A DNA stretch of 64,000 bases. It comes from Felis catus. Its lineage: Eukaryota. The notes beneath the pieces are model-generated. The model worked only from the letters and a program-made list of their open reading frames with translations. It was not told the origin of the DNA and ran no database searches. The stretch is taken from positions 81,778,001 through 81,842,000 of the forward strand of contig NC_058380.1 in the NCBI RefSeq assembly GCF_018350175.1, written 5' to 3'. A program made the position numbers and the translations under genes. Shown here piece by piece: positions 1-11,767 of this stretch. The first letter of the stretch is position 1. Each line of letters begins with the position of its first letter.

Positions 1-100
1 AAAAAAAGAAGGGAATCTTGCCATTTGCAATAACATGGCTAGAACTTGTGGATATTATGCTAAATAGAAAGACTGTATGATAGCACTTATATGTGCAATC
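1..100 (+). mobile_element. L1 fragment (ORF2 end/3' UTR start), truncated by window edge
   Basis: aaaaagaagggaatcttgccatttgcaataacatgg...cacttatatgtg resembles the L1 KKNEILPFATTW region. Confidence 0.7.
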
Positions 101-250
101 TCAGAATTGACATTTTTAAATACTGAATCTTCCCTTTTTAGAAGTACAGTATCTCCATTTATTCATACATCCTTTTGTGTTCTGTTACACTTTCTTCAGA
201 TAGATCTTTCTCATTTCTTTTTACTTGTTTCTATCAGATTTATTCCGAAG
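101..250 (-). mobile_element. Old L1M fragment, left part; continues at about 1521-1830
   Basis: gaattgacattttt...agatctttc...agatttattcc resembles antisense L1 ORF2; resumes after the TIMM9 block with tttcttgccattgccaattgaaatt. Confidence 0.55.
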
Positions 251-389
251 NNNNNNNNNNNNNNNNNNNNNNNNNNNNNNNNNNNNNNNNNNNNNNNNNN
301 NNNNNNNNNNNNNNNNNNNNNNNNNNNNNNNNNNNNNNNNNNNNNNNNNNNNNNNNNNNNNNNNNNNNNNNNNNNNNNNNNNNNNTTGA

Positions 390-720
390 TTTTTTTTATT
401 TAGTGATTCATCACTTACATATAATACCCTATGCTCATCATAACTAGTGCCCTCCTTAATACCCACCCCCCCACCCACTTCCCTTCATCAACCCTCAGTT
501 TGTTCTCTATCACTAAGAGTCCTTATGGTTCGTTTCCCTCTCTCTTTTTTTTCCTTCCCATATGTTCATCTGTTTTGTTTCTTAAATTCCACATATGAAT
601 GAAATCATATGGTACTTATCTCTGACTGACTTATTTCACTTAGCATAATATACTCTAGCATCATGCACATCATTGCAAATAGCAAGATTTCATTCTTTTT
701 GATGGCTGAGTAATATTCCA
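390..720 (-). mobile_element. 5'-truncated carnivore L1 3' end
   Basis: Reverse complement reads tggaatattactcagccatcaaaaagaatgaaatc...gtgatgaatcactaaat then A8; homologous to copies at 20615-21005 and 60241-60600. Confidence 0.85.
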
Positions 721-1520
721 ACAATTTGGTTTATTTTTTTTTTAATGAAGTTACCAAGCTGCTGAATCTTAAGGTCTCAACAAATGTTGTACCTTATTAT
801 TTTCATTAAACAATAAGATCTTCTACTTTTATTATTCCTGGTTAAGAGCAGTTTTGTTACTACAGCTGTTTCCATTTGCCAAACAGTCATCACAGACAGT
901 TTAACATGGTGGCTACTGCTTTCAGGGAATTCTATCTGATGAATCCTCACCTCCACCACAATAGCTGCTGGCAATCTTTCATCAAAAGTCCATCCATCAG
1001 GACTTCTCTATCATGGTTGGCAAAGCAGTCCTGCTTTGGGTGCCAGGGCTTCATCCAGCTAAACATGATATTCCTGAAACCCCATGGATATTCCTTGTGT
1101 CATTTTTAAATATGTCTGAAAGCAATGCTCTAAACAGGTGGTCTCTTCAGGTTTTATTCCTCTTGTTGTGGGGTCTTTAACACAGCCCAAAAAGCAGGTT
1201 GCTGGAAATTTATTGTAGGTTCCAAGAAATTCCTTAAATTGTTTTATCTGATCAAATTGTTGTATTTGGTACTTGTATTGGGTACATATTCTTTTGGTAT
1301 GTTTATCAGTCACCTTTTCTGATGTATGAGTTTCCTTTTTACTCTGGAAAGTTAGTTCTCCAACCTTCACCTGAGTGTCTCCAATAAGGCCTGATTACTT
1401 ACTGAAGCACAGGCTCTCACATCCTATACCAGTGCAAGGTTGGGGGGCTACATTGCCAGTCAAGTGTAGAGGCAGAGGATCTGGATCAGGGCAGGAACTT
1501 CAGGCACCGGATAGTTACAC
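721..1520 (-). pseudogene. TIMM9: TIMM9 processed pseudogene (5' UTR, disrupted CDS about 1008-1287, 3' UTR)
   Basis: Translation [53 protein letters not shown] matches Tim9; intronless; ATG at 1287 out of frame; premature TAG at 1059-1061; AATAAA near 729-734. Confidence 0.93.
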
Positions 1521-1830
1521 TTTCTTGCCATTGCCAATTGAAATTTGTCACTGCATTATATTTTTCTACTACAGGATAAATATTAATATTTGTACATGTA
1601 TCTTGTATCTGACTACTTTGAAAAATCTTCACAGGTTTAAAAGTTCTAATATGAGTCCCTAGGAGCTTTCTAGAGTGTCAGTCAAGTCAGTTAAAAATAA
1701 TTACATATTCATATTTTAAATATTTGTGCCTATTTCATTAACTTTGCTTTTTCACTGGATTACACTGCCATCTGAAAATACACCTTACCAGTTGAAACAG
1801 ACACCATCCTTGCTTTGTCTTTCCCATAAT
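1521..1830 (-). mobile_element. Old L1M fragment, right part
   Basis: Degenerate antisense ORF2-like sequence (tcttgtatctgactactttg...). Confidence 0.5.
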
Positions 1831-2269
1831 TGGTGGGAATGAGACTCTTATATTCAAAGTTTTCTACTCTGGTAAAATTTAAATGTTTAGAATAAGGGTT
1901 TCATAATTTTTTAGTCAGAATAATTAATACATATAAAGCCATCCCCTAGGTGAAAAAGGAAAAAAAATCAAGGTTGTTTCTTGACGAACTCAAGAAGAAT
2001 CTTTTGAAAGATAATTAAGAAAACTCAGAGAAATTTGGCTAATAGAATTTCAAAACAAACAAATATCCTGAAAACACAAGGGAAACTTTAGTTTCTCATT
2101 TAGAAAGCAGCTTGAAATTTTCTTATTTTTCTCCTACTGGATTTTATTCCATTTTTTCTGGAAGGTCTTCAAGTAAATGTTCTTTACAATCAAAACAAAT
2201 ACCAGTGAGCTTTTTTACATGCTGGAGATTAGGGAAGAAGCTGACTTGATGAAATTGCCCTTCACATCT

Positions 2270-2298
2270 CTCCAACTACTTCTCCACACCCTGTCCAG
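2270..2298 (+). promoter_or_regulatory. Splice acceptor of the coding exon of OR gene 1
   Basis: Pyrimidine-rich tract ending ctgtccAG 12 nt before ATG; conserved in paralog (AG at 17073-17074). Confidence 0.65.
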
Positions 2299-2310
2299 GA
2301 AGGCACAGAC

Positions 2311-3243
2311 ATGGAGACCAAGAACTACAGCAGTGACTCAGGCTTTATCCTCCTAGGCCTCTCTTCCAACCCTCGGCTACAGAAACCTCTCTTTGCCATC
2401 TTCCTCATCATGTACCTGGTCACCGTGCTGGGCAATGTACTCATCATCCTGGCCATCCACTCAGACCCCCGACTCCATAACCCCATGTACTTTTTCCTCA
2501 GCAACCTATCATTCATGGATATCTGCTTCACAACTGTCACTGTACCCAAGATGCTGGTGAATTTACTATCAGAGACAAAGGCTATCTCCTTCCTGGGATG
2601 CCTAGTCCAGATGTACTTCTTCATAGCCTTTGCGAACACTGACAGTTACCTGCTGGCCTCCATGGCCATAGACCGGCTGGTAGCCATCTGCCACCCCTTC
2701 CATTACAATAGGGTTATGAACCCACGGCGCTGCCTCCTCATGCTGCTGGGTTCTTGCACCATCTCCCACCTGCACTCCCTGCTCCGTGTGCTACTCATGT
2801 CCCGCCTGTCCTTCTGTGCCTCCCATGTCATTAAGCACTTTTTTTGTGACACCCAGCCTGTGCTAAAGCTATCCTGCTCTGACACGTCCTCTAGCCAGAT
2901 TGTGGTCATGACTGAGACCCTGGCTGTCATTGCGACCCCCTTTCTGTGCATTCTCTTCTCCTACCTGCGAATCATCGTCACCGTGCTCAGAATTCCCTCT
3001 GCAGCCGGCAAGTGGAAGGCCTTCTCTACCTGTAGCTCCCACCTCACTGTAGTGGCCTTGTTCTATGGGAGTGTCATCTATGTGTATTTCAGGCCCCTGT
3101 CCATGTACTCAGTGGTGAAGGACCGGGTAGCCACAGTCATGTACACAGTAGTGACACCCATGCTGAACCCCTTCATCTACAGCCTGAGGAACAAAGATAT
3201 GAAGAGGGGTTTGAGGAAATTAAGGGACAGAATACACTCATAA
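2311..3243 (+). CDS. OR1L4: Olfactory receptor, OR1L4/OR1L6-like (310 aa, intact)
   Basis: METKNYSS start with N-glycosylation site; GN, LHNPMYFFL, MAIDRL, HFFCD, KAFSTC.SH, PMLNPFIYSLRN motifs; L4 versus L6 assigned by gene order only. Confidence 0.9.
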   Translation: METKNYSSDSGFILLGLSSNPRLQKPLFAIFLIMYLVTVLGNVLIILAIHSDPRLHNPMYFFLSNLSFMDICFTTVTVPKMLVNLLSETKAISFLGCLVQMYFFIAFANTDSYLLASMAIDRLVAICHPFHYNRVMNPRRCLLMLLGSCTISHLHSLLRVLLMSRLSFCASHVIKHFFCDTQPVLKLSCSDTSSSQIVVMTETLAVIATPFLCILFSYLRIIVTVLRIPSAAGKWKAFSTCSSHLTVVALFYGSVIYVYFRPLSMYSVVKDRVATVMYTVVTPMLNPFIYSLRNKDMKRGLRKLRDRIHS

Positions 3244-4017
3244 AATGAAAAAAATAGATGGAACAGTTTAAATGGGAGATGACCCAAGAAATGGTCACAT
3301 CATCTTTCTTTACTACCCATTTTTCACATGACATTCAAAAAGGTCATAGAAGGTAGTGTTGAAAAGCAGTAAGAGCCCTGGCCTTAAAGCTAGAACACTT
3401 AGTTTCTATCAATAACATTGACCAAATATATGTGTAATCCCAGGACAAGTGCTGCTAGGAATCCACATTTCAGGAAAACCATTTTTGCCCCCTATAAAAT
3501 TAAAGCTATCTTGAAGAGCAATAAAGCATCTCCAAATCCCTCCTCTATGGGCTTTACTTTGGCTAGTATTCAAGAAATTAAAAAGTCCTATTCATGTTGA
3601 GGATAAGAAATTACATGAATTTGGTAGGGAATTGGGAAAGACTTCTTGGGATAATGACCTAAGATCGCACTTAAGATGTATTGATTTTGACAGAGCAAAG
3701 TTCAATAGAGTAGGAAATGGACAGAGAGCATTTCAAATAGTGGGAACCATACAAAGAGGAAGAGGCAATAAACACTGGAATGTGTCTGAGGGACAGCAGA
3801 AACTCCAATGCCGCTTGTTCAATTTGAGAACAGAAAGAATAAGGCTGGAAAGATGGAAGAATCTACAAAGCAGATTTAGTGCCCCCACCAAAACCACGGA
3901 GTCCTCACAGTGAATTCTCAGCACTTGACTCCTTTTCCTTTCCCTCTTACTCTGCCTTTGTCCACATGTCCATGATCCTCACAGAAATGCCCTTTATACT
4001 CTGGAAGAAAGCAATGT

Positions 4018-4425
4018 GTGTATTAGTCAGGATAAGCAAGATTGCACTGAGGAAACAATCTCAAAATCGTTGGACCTTGAAACCAAAGGATTAGTTTGTA
4101 ATCACACTGCATGTTCACCATTGAGAAGTAGTAGGGTGCTGCTCATTTTAAATGTTCAGTGGCCAAAGCTGATAGAGCAGATGCCATTGTAAACATTCAT
4201 CATCACTCTATGAGAAGCTGAGGAAAACTCTTGAAGATTTTCCACCGGCATTGAAAAACTCTGGTCTGGAAGTGACTCACACCACTTGTGCCTACAACTC
4301 ACTGTCAACAACTAATCTCAAGACCCCTCCCAAACACAAGGGAGCCAGGAGGCACAATTCAACAGTGAATCTGTCAAACGGAGACCCAATATTATCTGAT
4401 GAACAGATTTAATGACTACTACACA
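4018..4425. mobile_element. MLT1 (ERVL-MaLR) LTR; truncated paralogous copy at about 19022-19300
   Basis: tgtattagtcaggataagc...gaagtgactcacaccacttgtgcctacaactcactg is typical of old MLT1. Confidence 0.6.
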
Positions 4426-6784
4426 ACTCTAATAACACACAAATACAAACGTATGAATGTGTTGCTTAATCAATGTTCCTGATTATCAATTTCAATAACA
4501 AAAATAACATAAAATTGAATACTGTCTCTGGAGTCCTTTAGCCTCAATTATGTCACCAAGTTTTAACAACCAGTGGCCTTTACTAATCATAAGCTTGTTG
4601 ATGGCTGGAGTTTAAGTTGAATATCAGACCTTAGCCTTAGAAATATAACAAGAGGTGTATGGTGGCCTTATGGAACACAGGGCCACCAAGAGCCCAACAT
4701 TAAGGTCCCTAACATTGCTGTTATTGCTTCCTCTTCAAGTGATCAGAAAGCAACTAGAAATCCAGGAAATAAACTCAGGTTGCAATTGCCTTCATCTTAT
4801 ACAGCCATACCTGGTTTTCATCACTATATCCCACCAGTCACTCAGTTTTGGGGATGCTGGCCTAGGATTTCTGTATGCTTTCTACTTTCTCTATTTTTGT
4901 GCCATAGTTTTAACTAAGCACAGACACTTGAGAATGTGAGGAATGCCTGGCATATATGGAATAAATAAATTCATTAAATATATCTTCAGGTAATTTCTAA
5001 ACGAAATTAAGTCACTGGGTCCCAGGCAACTGAACATATTATTTTTCTGATTCCACTCTGCCATCAGTCCCACACTCCTTTTTCTCAACAGCACATGGTC
5101 ACTAAGAAATCAAGATCTTTTATGTATAATCCTACAGGTGTTCTATAAAGTAGATGACAAGTGACCGTGATATAATACATTGAGGAGAGTTACCAATCTG
5201 GCCCCCAGGTTAGTCCTAATCTTCTCAGACACAGCTAGAGTGCTGTCTCTGTCAGAATAGAAGGCAGTTTTGACAAGATATCCTGCCACCCTTTAGACGG
5301 AGTGAGCTGATGTGAACAGATGCTATCAAAGGACTTTAATCATATTTTTGCTATCCAAACAAAGGAGCCTAGGGTGAACTTGGAAATTAGCTAATAAACA
5401 TTGGTAAGAATAAAATAAATCTTTTCTGAAAGTACATATAGGCAGATGAAAGGTCTATATGGGCCTTATGAATACCTTGCCAAGTCAGGGGGAAATCTTC
5501 TACATGGTTCTTGGATTAGACGGGAAACCCCTTGACAGTTCCTCCTCCCACATATTGTGAGGCTGGTTGAATGTGATAGTAGAATAATAGTAGAGGCATG
5601 TCGTTTAATGAGCAAACTGTGACAGGAAATGTTGTGGGTCTTCTACTGGAATTTCATTACATATATGTAAATGTTGAAGATTTTGCTCAATACTGAGCTA
5701 AGGAAAAATTGACTTCCTTGGACATAGTTTATCTGTGTATCAGAGTGAATGACATAAACTACGAGGGATGTGAAACATGAAGGCTAAGGAGGACTGGAGA
5801 AGAGTGCTGAGTATTTCTGACGTTGAAGAGTCTGAGAGAGAAGATATTAGCAAAGAAGACTGAAAACGAGGAGTCATATAATCCAAGAGTAGAAGGTTCA
5901 AGAGATGAGGATATGGATGTATTTCCCCCCACAACAGAAGAATCTCCTTCCAGACAAGCCTCCTCCAGGAGATGTCCCATCAGCAGAACTTGCACATGGA
6001 GGAAGCAAATGAGCTACTTAGGGTGGAACCTGGTGTATAACTATAAATACAAACAGCACCGAGCTTGTCCAGAGCCACTGCATTCCCTGCACAGGAGAAG
6101 TGTTCTCAGAGCCATTGTTCCTGGATGTGTCAGGAATTCCAGACACATATCATGAAGTCATTCTTAGGGGCGTCCCCAGAAACTTGTTTCATCCGAGCCA
6201 GAGTCCTACTGATCTGCATCATAGGTAACCCTGGGCTTGCTGCACAAAACAGAAATGACCAGGGCTTTTGGAAATGAGGAGGTTCAAAAGACAAAGATGA
6301 AGTCAGCCAGCTATACACAGGCATAAAGAAACTGAAGACCCGGTCCCAAACCACTTCACCATGGTCAGCTCTCAGATTCCCACTGGCATGCTTAGGGGTT
6401 TTAGATTCCCTTCATGGAATCCATCCACCACCACCAAGCCCTGCCCTCAGCCTCCAAACACCTGCCCCTTGTCAGGGAGGCGGTATTCTGCTACTATATC
6501 AGAGGAAACCAAGTAAGGAACCATAAGAACGGGCTCCCATGCCAGCCCCACCCTAACAGTGACTTTGGCAAGTCAGAGGACTACTCTGCCTCGCTTGTGA
6601 AGTGGAACACAGTGCCCATACCCAGGGCCCTCATGGAGCCACTATAAAACTGGGAACCCGAGATAGAAGCGGGGCTTGAGAACTGAAGCACCACACACAA
6701 AACAGAAGACAGTGTCATGTGGCAGAATAAGATTTTTGCATTTCCCAGGTAATGATAAAATCATCTCTATTTTTAAATATATAT

Positions 6785-7362
6785 CTTTCAATGGGTGAAT
6801 GGATAAACAAACAGGATAAATAAATATGTACATCCAAACAATGAAATATTATTCAGTACAAAAAAGAAATGAGCGATCAAGTCTGGAAAACACAAGGAGG
6901 AAACTTAAACACATATTACTAAATGAAAGAAGCCAGTCTGAAAAGGTTGCAAGCTATCTGATTCCATTACATGACATTCTGGAAAAGGTAAAACTATGGA
7001 GACAGTAAAAAGATTGGTGCTTGAAGGGTTCAGAGAGACAGAGGAAGGAATAGGTAAAACACCAAGGACTTTAGGGCCACCACTATCATGGTGTCAGTAT
7101 ACATTTGTCAAAACCTGTAGAATGTACAACAGCAAGAGTGAACCCTAATGTAAACTCGATGAACAGTGATGATGTGTTGCTATGGTTCATCAATCATGAC
7201 AACTGTAGCACTCTTCTGGGGAAGTTGATAATGGGGGGGGGGGAGGTGTCTGTGCATGTATGGGGGCTTGAAAGTATGTGGGAACCCTTTGTACCAAGTG
7301 ATCAATTTTCTGTGAACCTGTAACTGCTCTAAAAAATTTAAGTCTATTAAAAGAAAAAACAT
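6785..7362 (+). mobile_element. Old L1 (L1MB/MC-like) 3' end
   Basis: gaatggataaacaaac...aaatgaaagaagccagtctgaaaagg...aaccctaatgtaaact, ending A-rich. Confidence 0.75.
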
Positions 7363-7369
7363 TTAAAAA

Positions 7370-8500
7370 AAAAATCTGGAAACAATCAACAATACTCCAA
7401 AATGAATAATCCAACCAAAAAAGGGGGCAGAAGACAAAAAGAGACATTTTTCCAAGGTAGACATACAGATAGCCAATTGACACATATAAAGATGCTCAAC
7501 TGTACTGATGATCATGGAAATGCAAATCAAAACCACAATGAGATATCACTTCACACCTGTCAGAATGGCTAAAATCAACAACATAGGAAACAACAGGTGT
7601 TGGCGAATATGTAAGCAAGGGGAACCCTCTGGCACTGTTGGTACAAATGCAAACTGGTGCAGTCACTCAACTGACTGCAAACACAATTGTGCAAAACACA
7701 ATTTGGGGATTCATAAGTTAAAAATAGAACTATCCTACAATCCAGCAATTGTACTACTAGGTATTTTCCCAAAGCATACTAATTCAGGGGCACCAGGGTT
7801 GCTCACTTGGCCGACCTCCAATTCTTGGTTTCAGTCAGGTCATGATACCAGGGTCCTGGGATTCAGCCCTGCATGAGGCTCTGCCCTGAGCATGGACCCT
7901 GATTAAGATTCCCCCCCCCCCACCTCTCTCTCTGTCCCTCTCCCCTGCTCTTGCTCTCTATTTCTCTCTTAAAAAAAAACCCAATACTAATTCAAAGAGA
8001 TACATGCACCCCTTTGTCTACAGTAGCATTACATACAATAGCAAAAATATGGAAACAGCTCAGATGTCTATCAACTGAATAATGGATAAAGAAGATAAAG
8101 GAGATGCGGATTATTACTCAGCCATCAAAAAGAATCAAACCTTGCCATGTTCAACAACAAGGATAGAGGTAGAGAGCATTACGCTAAGCAAAATAATTCA
8201 ACCAGAGAAAGAAAAATACCATATTATTTCACTCATATGGGGAATTTAAGAAACAAAACAAATGAGCAAAGGGAAAAAAAAGAGAAGCAACCCAAGAAAC
8301 AGACTCTTAACTATAGAGAACAAACTGATGGCTAGCAGAGGTGAGGTGGATGGAGGGATGGGTTAAATAGGTGATGGGAATTAAGGAATTCACTCAAGCA
8401 CCGGGCGTTGTATGGAAGTGTTGAATCACTACACTGTCCACATGAAACTAATATTATGTTGTATATTAGTTAACTGGAATTCTAACAAAAACTTAAAATA
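7370..8500 (+). mobile_element. 5'-truncated carnivore L1 (ORF2 C-terminus and 3' UTR) interrupted by a SINE
   Basis: [19 protein letters not shown] and KLKIEL.Y.PAI peptides; 3' UTR ends gttaactggaattctaacaaaa. Confidence 0.85.
7787..7983 (+). mobile_element. Can-SINE (older subfamily)
   Basis: tRNA-derived head, CT tract, A tail; TSD atactaattca at 7776-7786 and 7984-7994. Confidence 0.85.
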
Positions 8501-9339
8501 TCTATCTGCTAAGTTGCAAAAGCACATCAAGATTGTAGGCGACAGAGCCAGCATTTGAATCTACTCCCTCTGGCTATAGAGCCTGCCTCTTAAATCCTTT
8601 GCCATAACACTGCACCAGCACCTAGATAAGCCATGCATGTAGACACAGCCTTCAGAGACGTAAGAGGCCGTCACTTCTCCCTCCAGGTAGGCACACAGAA
8701 GCCTACACACAGACATGCACAAGGAGTACATGCATGTATAGAGAGCGTGTGTGTGCACAACACGCATTTTCACATACATACTTAACATAAATTGTTCATG
8801 AATCACCTCCACCCTTGTTGCTGAATGGCCCTATCTCTTCCTGGGGAGATGAGGCTACACCTACAGCCAAGAGTTCCCACCAAGCTCCCGTGAGAAGCCC
8901 CTGCGAGCTCCCAAAAGAGTTCAGTGAGGACATCAGTAATGTTCTCCTCTCCTGGGAAGCCCACAGGGCCAATCCCCACAGGGCTCTGACATGCAAGGAG
9001 GACAGGCCCCTGGCTTCCAACGCCCACTGTAGGTAGAGAAAGGAGACAGCACATTCCTGAAACCAGATCTGCATTTCCCCTCGCCTACTTCCTCACAGAT
9101 TTGGAGCCTGACCTTAACCCCTGGAAAACCCCCTAGTCTGATCAGGACCCTGAACCTCCTCTGTCAAGCCCACAGGTAGGCAGGCTGAGGGGTCCTTGGG
9201 AACAGAACCTGGGGGTCAACATCTTCATATGATCTTCCTCTCTTTTCCTAATCCCATCTTCTCTCCTCCATCTCAAAGACAGGAGACAAGTGAACGAGAA
9301 AACGAGGATAATGCAGGGGGTAAGAGCACACATTCTGAA

Positions 9340-9500
9340 GCTGGACTCCACACCCTCTAGCTGTGTGGACTTAGCCAAGTCACTTCAAGTGCTTCTCCCT
9401 CACTTTCATTATCTGTAAAATGGGGGTACTGTAAAGACTAAATGACTTAATGTACATAAAATTCCTAGAACAGGGTCTGGCACACCTAAGCACTGTGTCA
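9340..9500. mobile_element. MIR
   Basis: tagctgtgtggacttagccaagtcactt...atctgtaaaatggggg...cctagaacagggtctggcacac core. Confidence 0.75.
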
Positions 9501-10502
9501 CTGCTCGCTACTGTATGACCGTGACTGAGAGTATCCATGGGAAGGGGCTGCGATGAAGTGGGTGTCTCCAGTAGGAGACATCGGGGTGAGGCACTGCCAG
9601 CCCAGCAGAGGGACACTACACTGGTTTCAGCCAAAGTCCCACTTGAAGCACTTCTGGTCGATCAGATGGATACCAAAGGTACGTTGAAACAGACGGAAGA
9701 CAATTATTCGTAAAAAAGAACCCAGTGGGCATATTTCAAATGTCCACTTGCCTTGGAATCTGTAATTTAATGGCTGGGAATGGCTGGGTCAAGCTCCAAT
9801 CTGACACTAGAGTGAAAATTGGGCATAAAGAAGGGATTTCAGACAATTGAAGAGAAGGAACATGCCTAGAAAGGGCTCTGCAGGTTCCCTAAGCAAGACA
9901 TATCTGTTCGAGGGGCTCCATATCCGTTTGCCTCTCTGCTGGAAGTGGGAAAGGGTAGTCAGGGACAAGCTGGGTTTCTAAGAACCTGACCCACGAGAGA
10001 TTCAAAGGTCAAGTACTGAGGTGCAAAAGGAGAGAGTTGCTGTTTTCTCACAATGTGACAGCACTGAGGGCCAAAGTCTCCTACAGCTGTTCCTCTCTGA
10101 AGACAGGGAACATGGGTGAGCACATGGCTTCATGGGATGGGAGGCAGAAAGGGAAAAGAAAGAAGTAAATTGAAAAGGTCCCAATGTGTGGGAGCAAAGG
10201 AGGGAGAAAAGGAGTGGGTCAGCAGGAGGCATAAGGCACTGGGCAGTAAAAGGACTTCTGTTGCAGAGACCACACCAGCTTTGTTCTCTACCACATCTGT
10301 ATGGCTTGGGGAACAGGTGCGATAGCATCACTTAGGGTAGATAAAACACAACATTTGAAATATGGTATTTGTCTTTCTCTGGTTGAATTATTTTGCCTAA
10401 CATAATATTCTCTACCTGCATCCACATAGTTGCAAATGGTAAGATTTCATTCTTTTTGATGGCTGAGTAATATTCCATTTTATATCTATTCCATTGTATA
10501 TT

Positions 10503-10540
10503 CGCGCGCGCGCGCGTGTGTGTGTGTGTGTGTGTGTGTG
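10503..10540. repeat. Compound microsatellite (CG)7(TG)12
   Basis: Read directly. Confidence 0.95.
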
Positions 10541-11544
10541 TCTAGTATATATCTTCTTTATCCATTCATCAGTTGATAGACATTTTAGCTCTTTCCATAA
10601 TTTGGCTATTGTAGGTAATGCTGCTATAAACATAGAGGTGCATGTGTTCCTTTGAATAAGTATTTTTGTATTCTTTGAGTCAATACCTAGTAGTGCAATG
10701 GCTTGATTATGGGGTAATTCTATTTTAACTTTTTGAGGGAATTCTATAATGTTTTCTACACTGGCTATACCATTTTGCATTCCCACCAACAGTGTGAGAG
10801 GTGCCTTACTACACACCCTTACTACATCCCCTTTCTACACACCCTTGCTAACACCTGTGGTTTCCTGTGTTGTTGATTGTAGCCATTCTGACAGGTGTGA
10901 GGTGATATCTCATTGTAGTTGTGATTTGCATTTCCCTCACGATGACTGATGTTGAGCACCTTTCATGTGTCTGTTGGCCATCAATATATCTTTCTTGGAG
11001 AAATGTTTCTTTATGTCTTCTGCCCATATTTTAATTGGATAATTTATCTTTTGGTGTTCAGTTTTATAAGTTCTTTATATATTCCTTTACCACATAGGTC
11101 ATTCGCAAATATCTTCTCCCATTCATAGGTTACCTTTTGGTTTTGTTGATTGTTTCTTTTGCTGTGTAGAAGCTTTTAATTCTGATGTAGTCCTAATAGT
11201 TTATTTTTGCTTTTGCTTCCCTTCCCTAGGAGACATATCTAGAAAGAAGTTGCTAAGGCTGATGTCTAAGAAGTTACTGCCTGTGTTCTCCTCTAGGGTT
11301 TTTCTGGTTTCAGGTCTCCCACTTCGGTCTTCCATCCATTTTGAATTTATTTTTGTGTATAGCATAAGAAAGTGGTCCAATATAATTCTTTTGCAAGTTT
11401 CTGCTCAGTTTTCCCAATGCCATTTGTTGAAGAGACTTTTCCCCATTGGATATTCTTTTCTGCTTTATCAAAGTATAAAGGACCATATAGTTGTGGATTC
11501 ATTGCTGGGTTTTCTATACTGTTTATTGATCTATGTGTCTAATG

Positions 11545-11767
11545 TTTTTTAAGTTTATTTATTTTTGAGAATGAGAGACAGAGAGAGTGTGTGTGTGCAC
11601 ACAAGCTAGAGAGGGGCTGAGAGAGAGAAGGAGAGAGAGAATCCCAAGCAGGCTCACACTGTCAGCTCACAGCCCGATGCAGGCCTCAAACTCATGAATT
11701 GTGAGATCATGGCTTGAGCTGAAATCAAGAGTCTGACACTTAACCAACTGAGCCACGCAGGCACCCC
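11545..11767 (-). mobile_element. Can-SINE
   Basis: Reverse-complement head ...gcaggcacccc, AG tract; TSD tgtgtcta on both sides. Confidence 0.85.

Larger units (their letters stand above)
1800..5910 (+). repeat. Segmental duplicate unit A (OR1L gene plus flanks), paralogous to about 16250-20080
   Basis: Collinear similarity of upstream, CDS and 3' flanks; unit B lacks about 4325-5130, carries a SINE and has an extra 330 bp upstream. Confidence 0.85.

Noticed and set aside
1059-1370. 103-aa ORF as a functional TIMM9 variant with a new N-terminus
   Set aside because: Starts at GTG in former 5' UTR; the native ATG is out of frame and the C-terminus is truncated.
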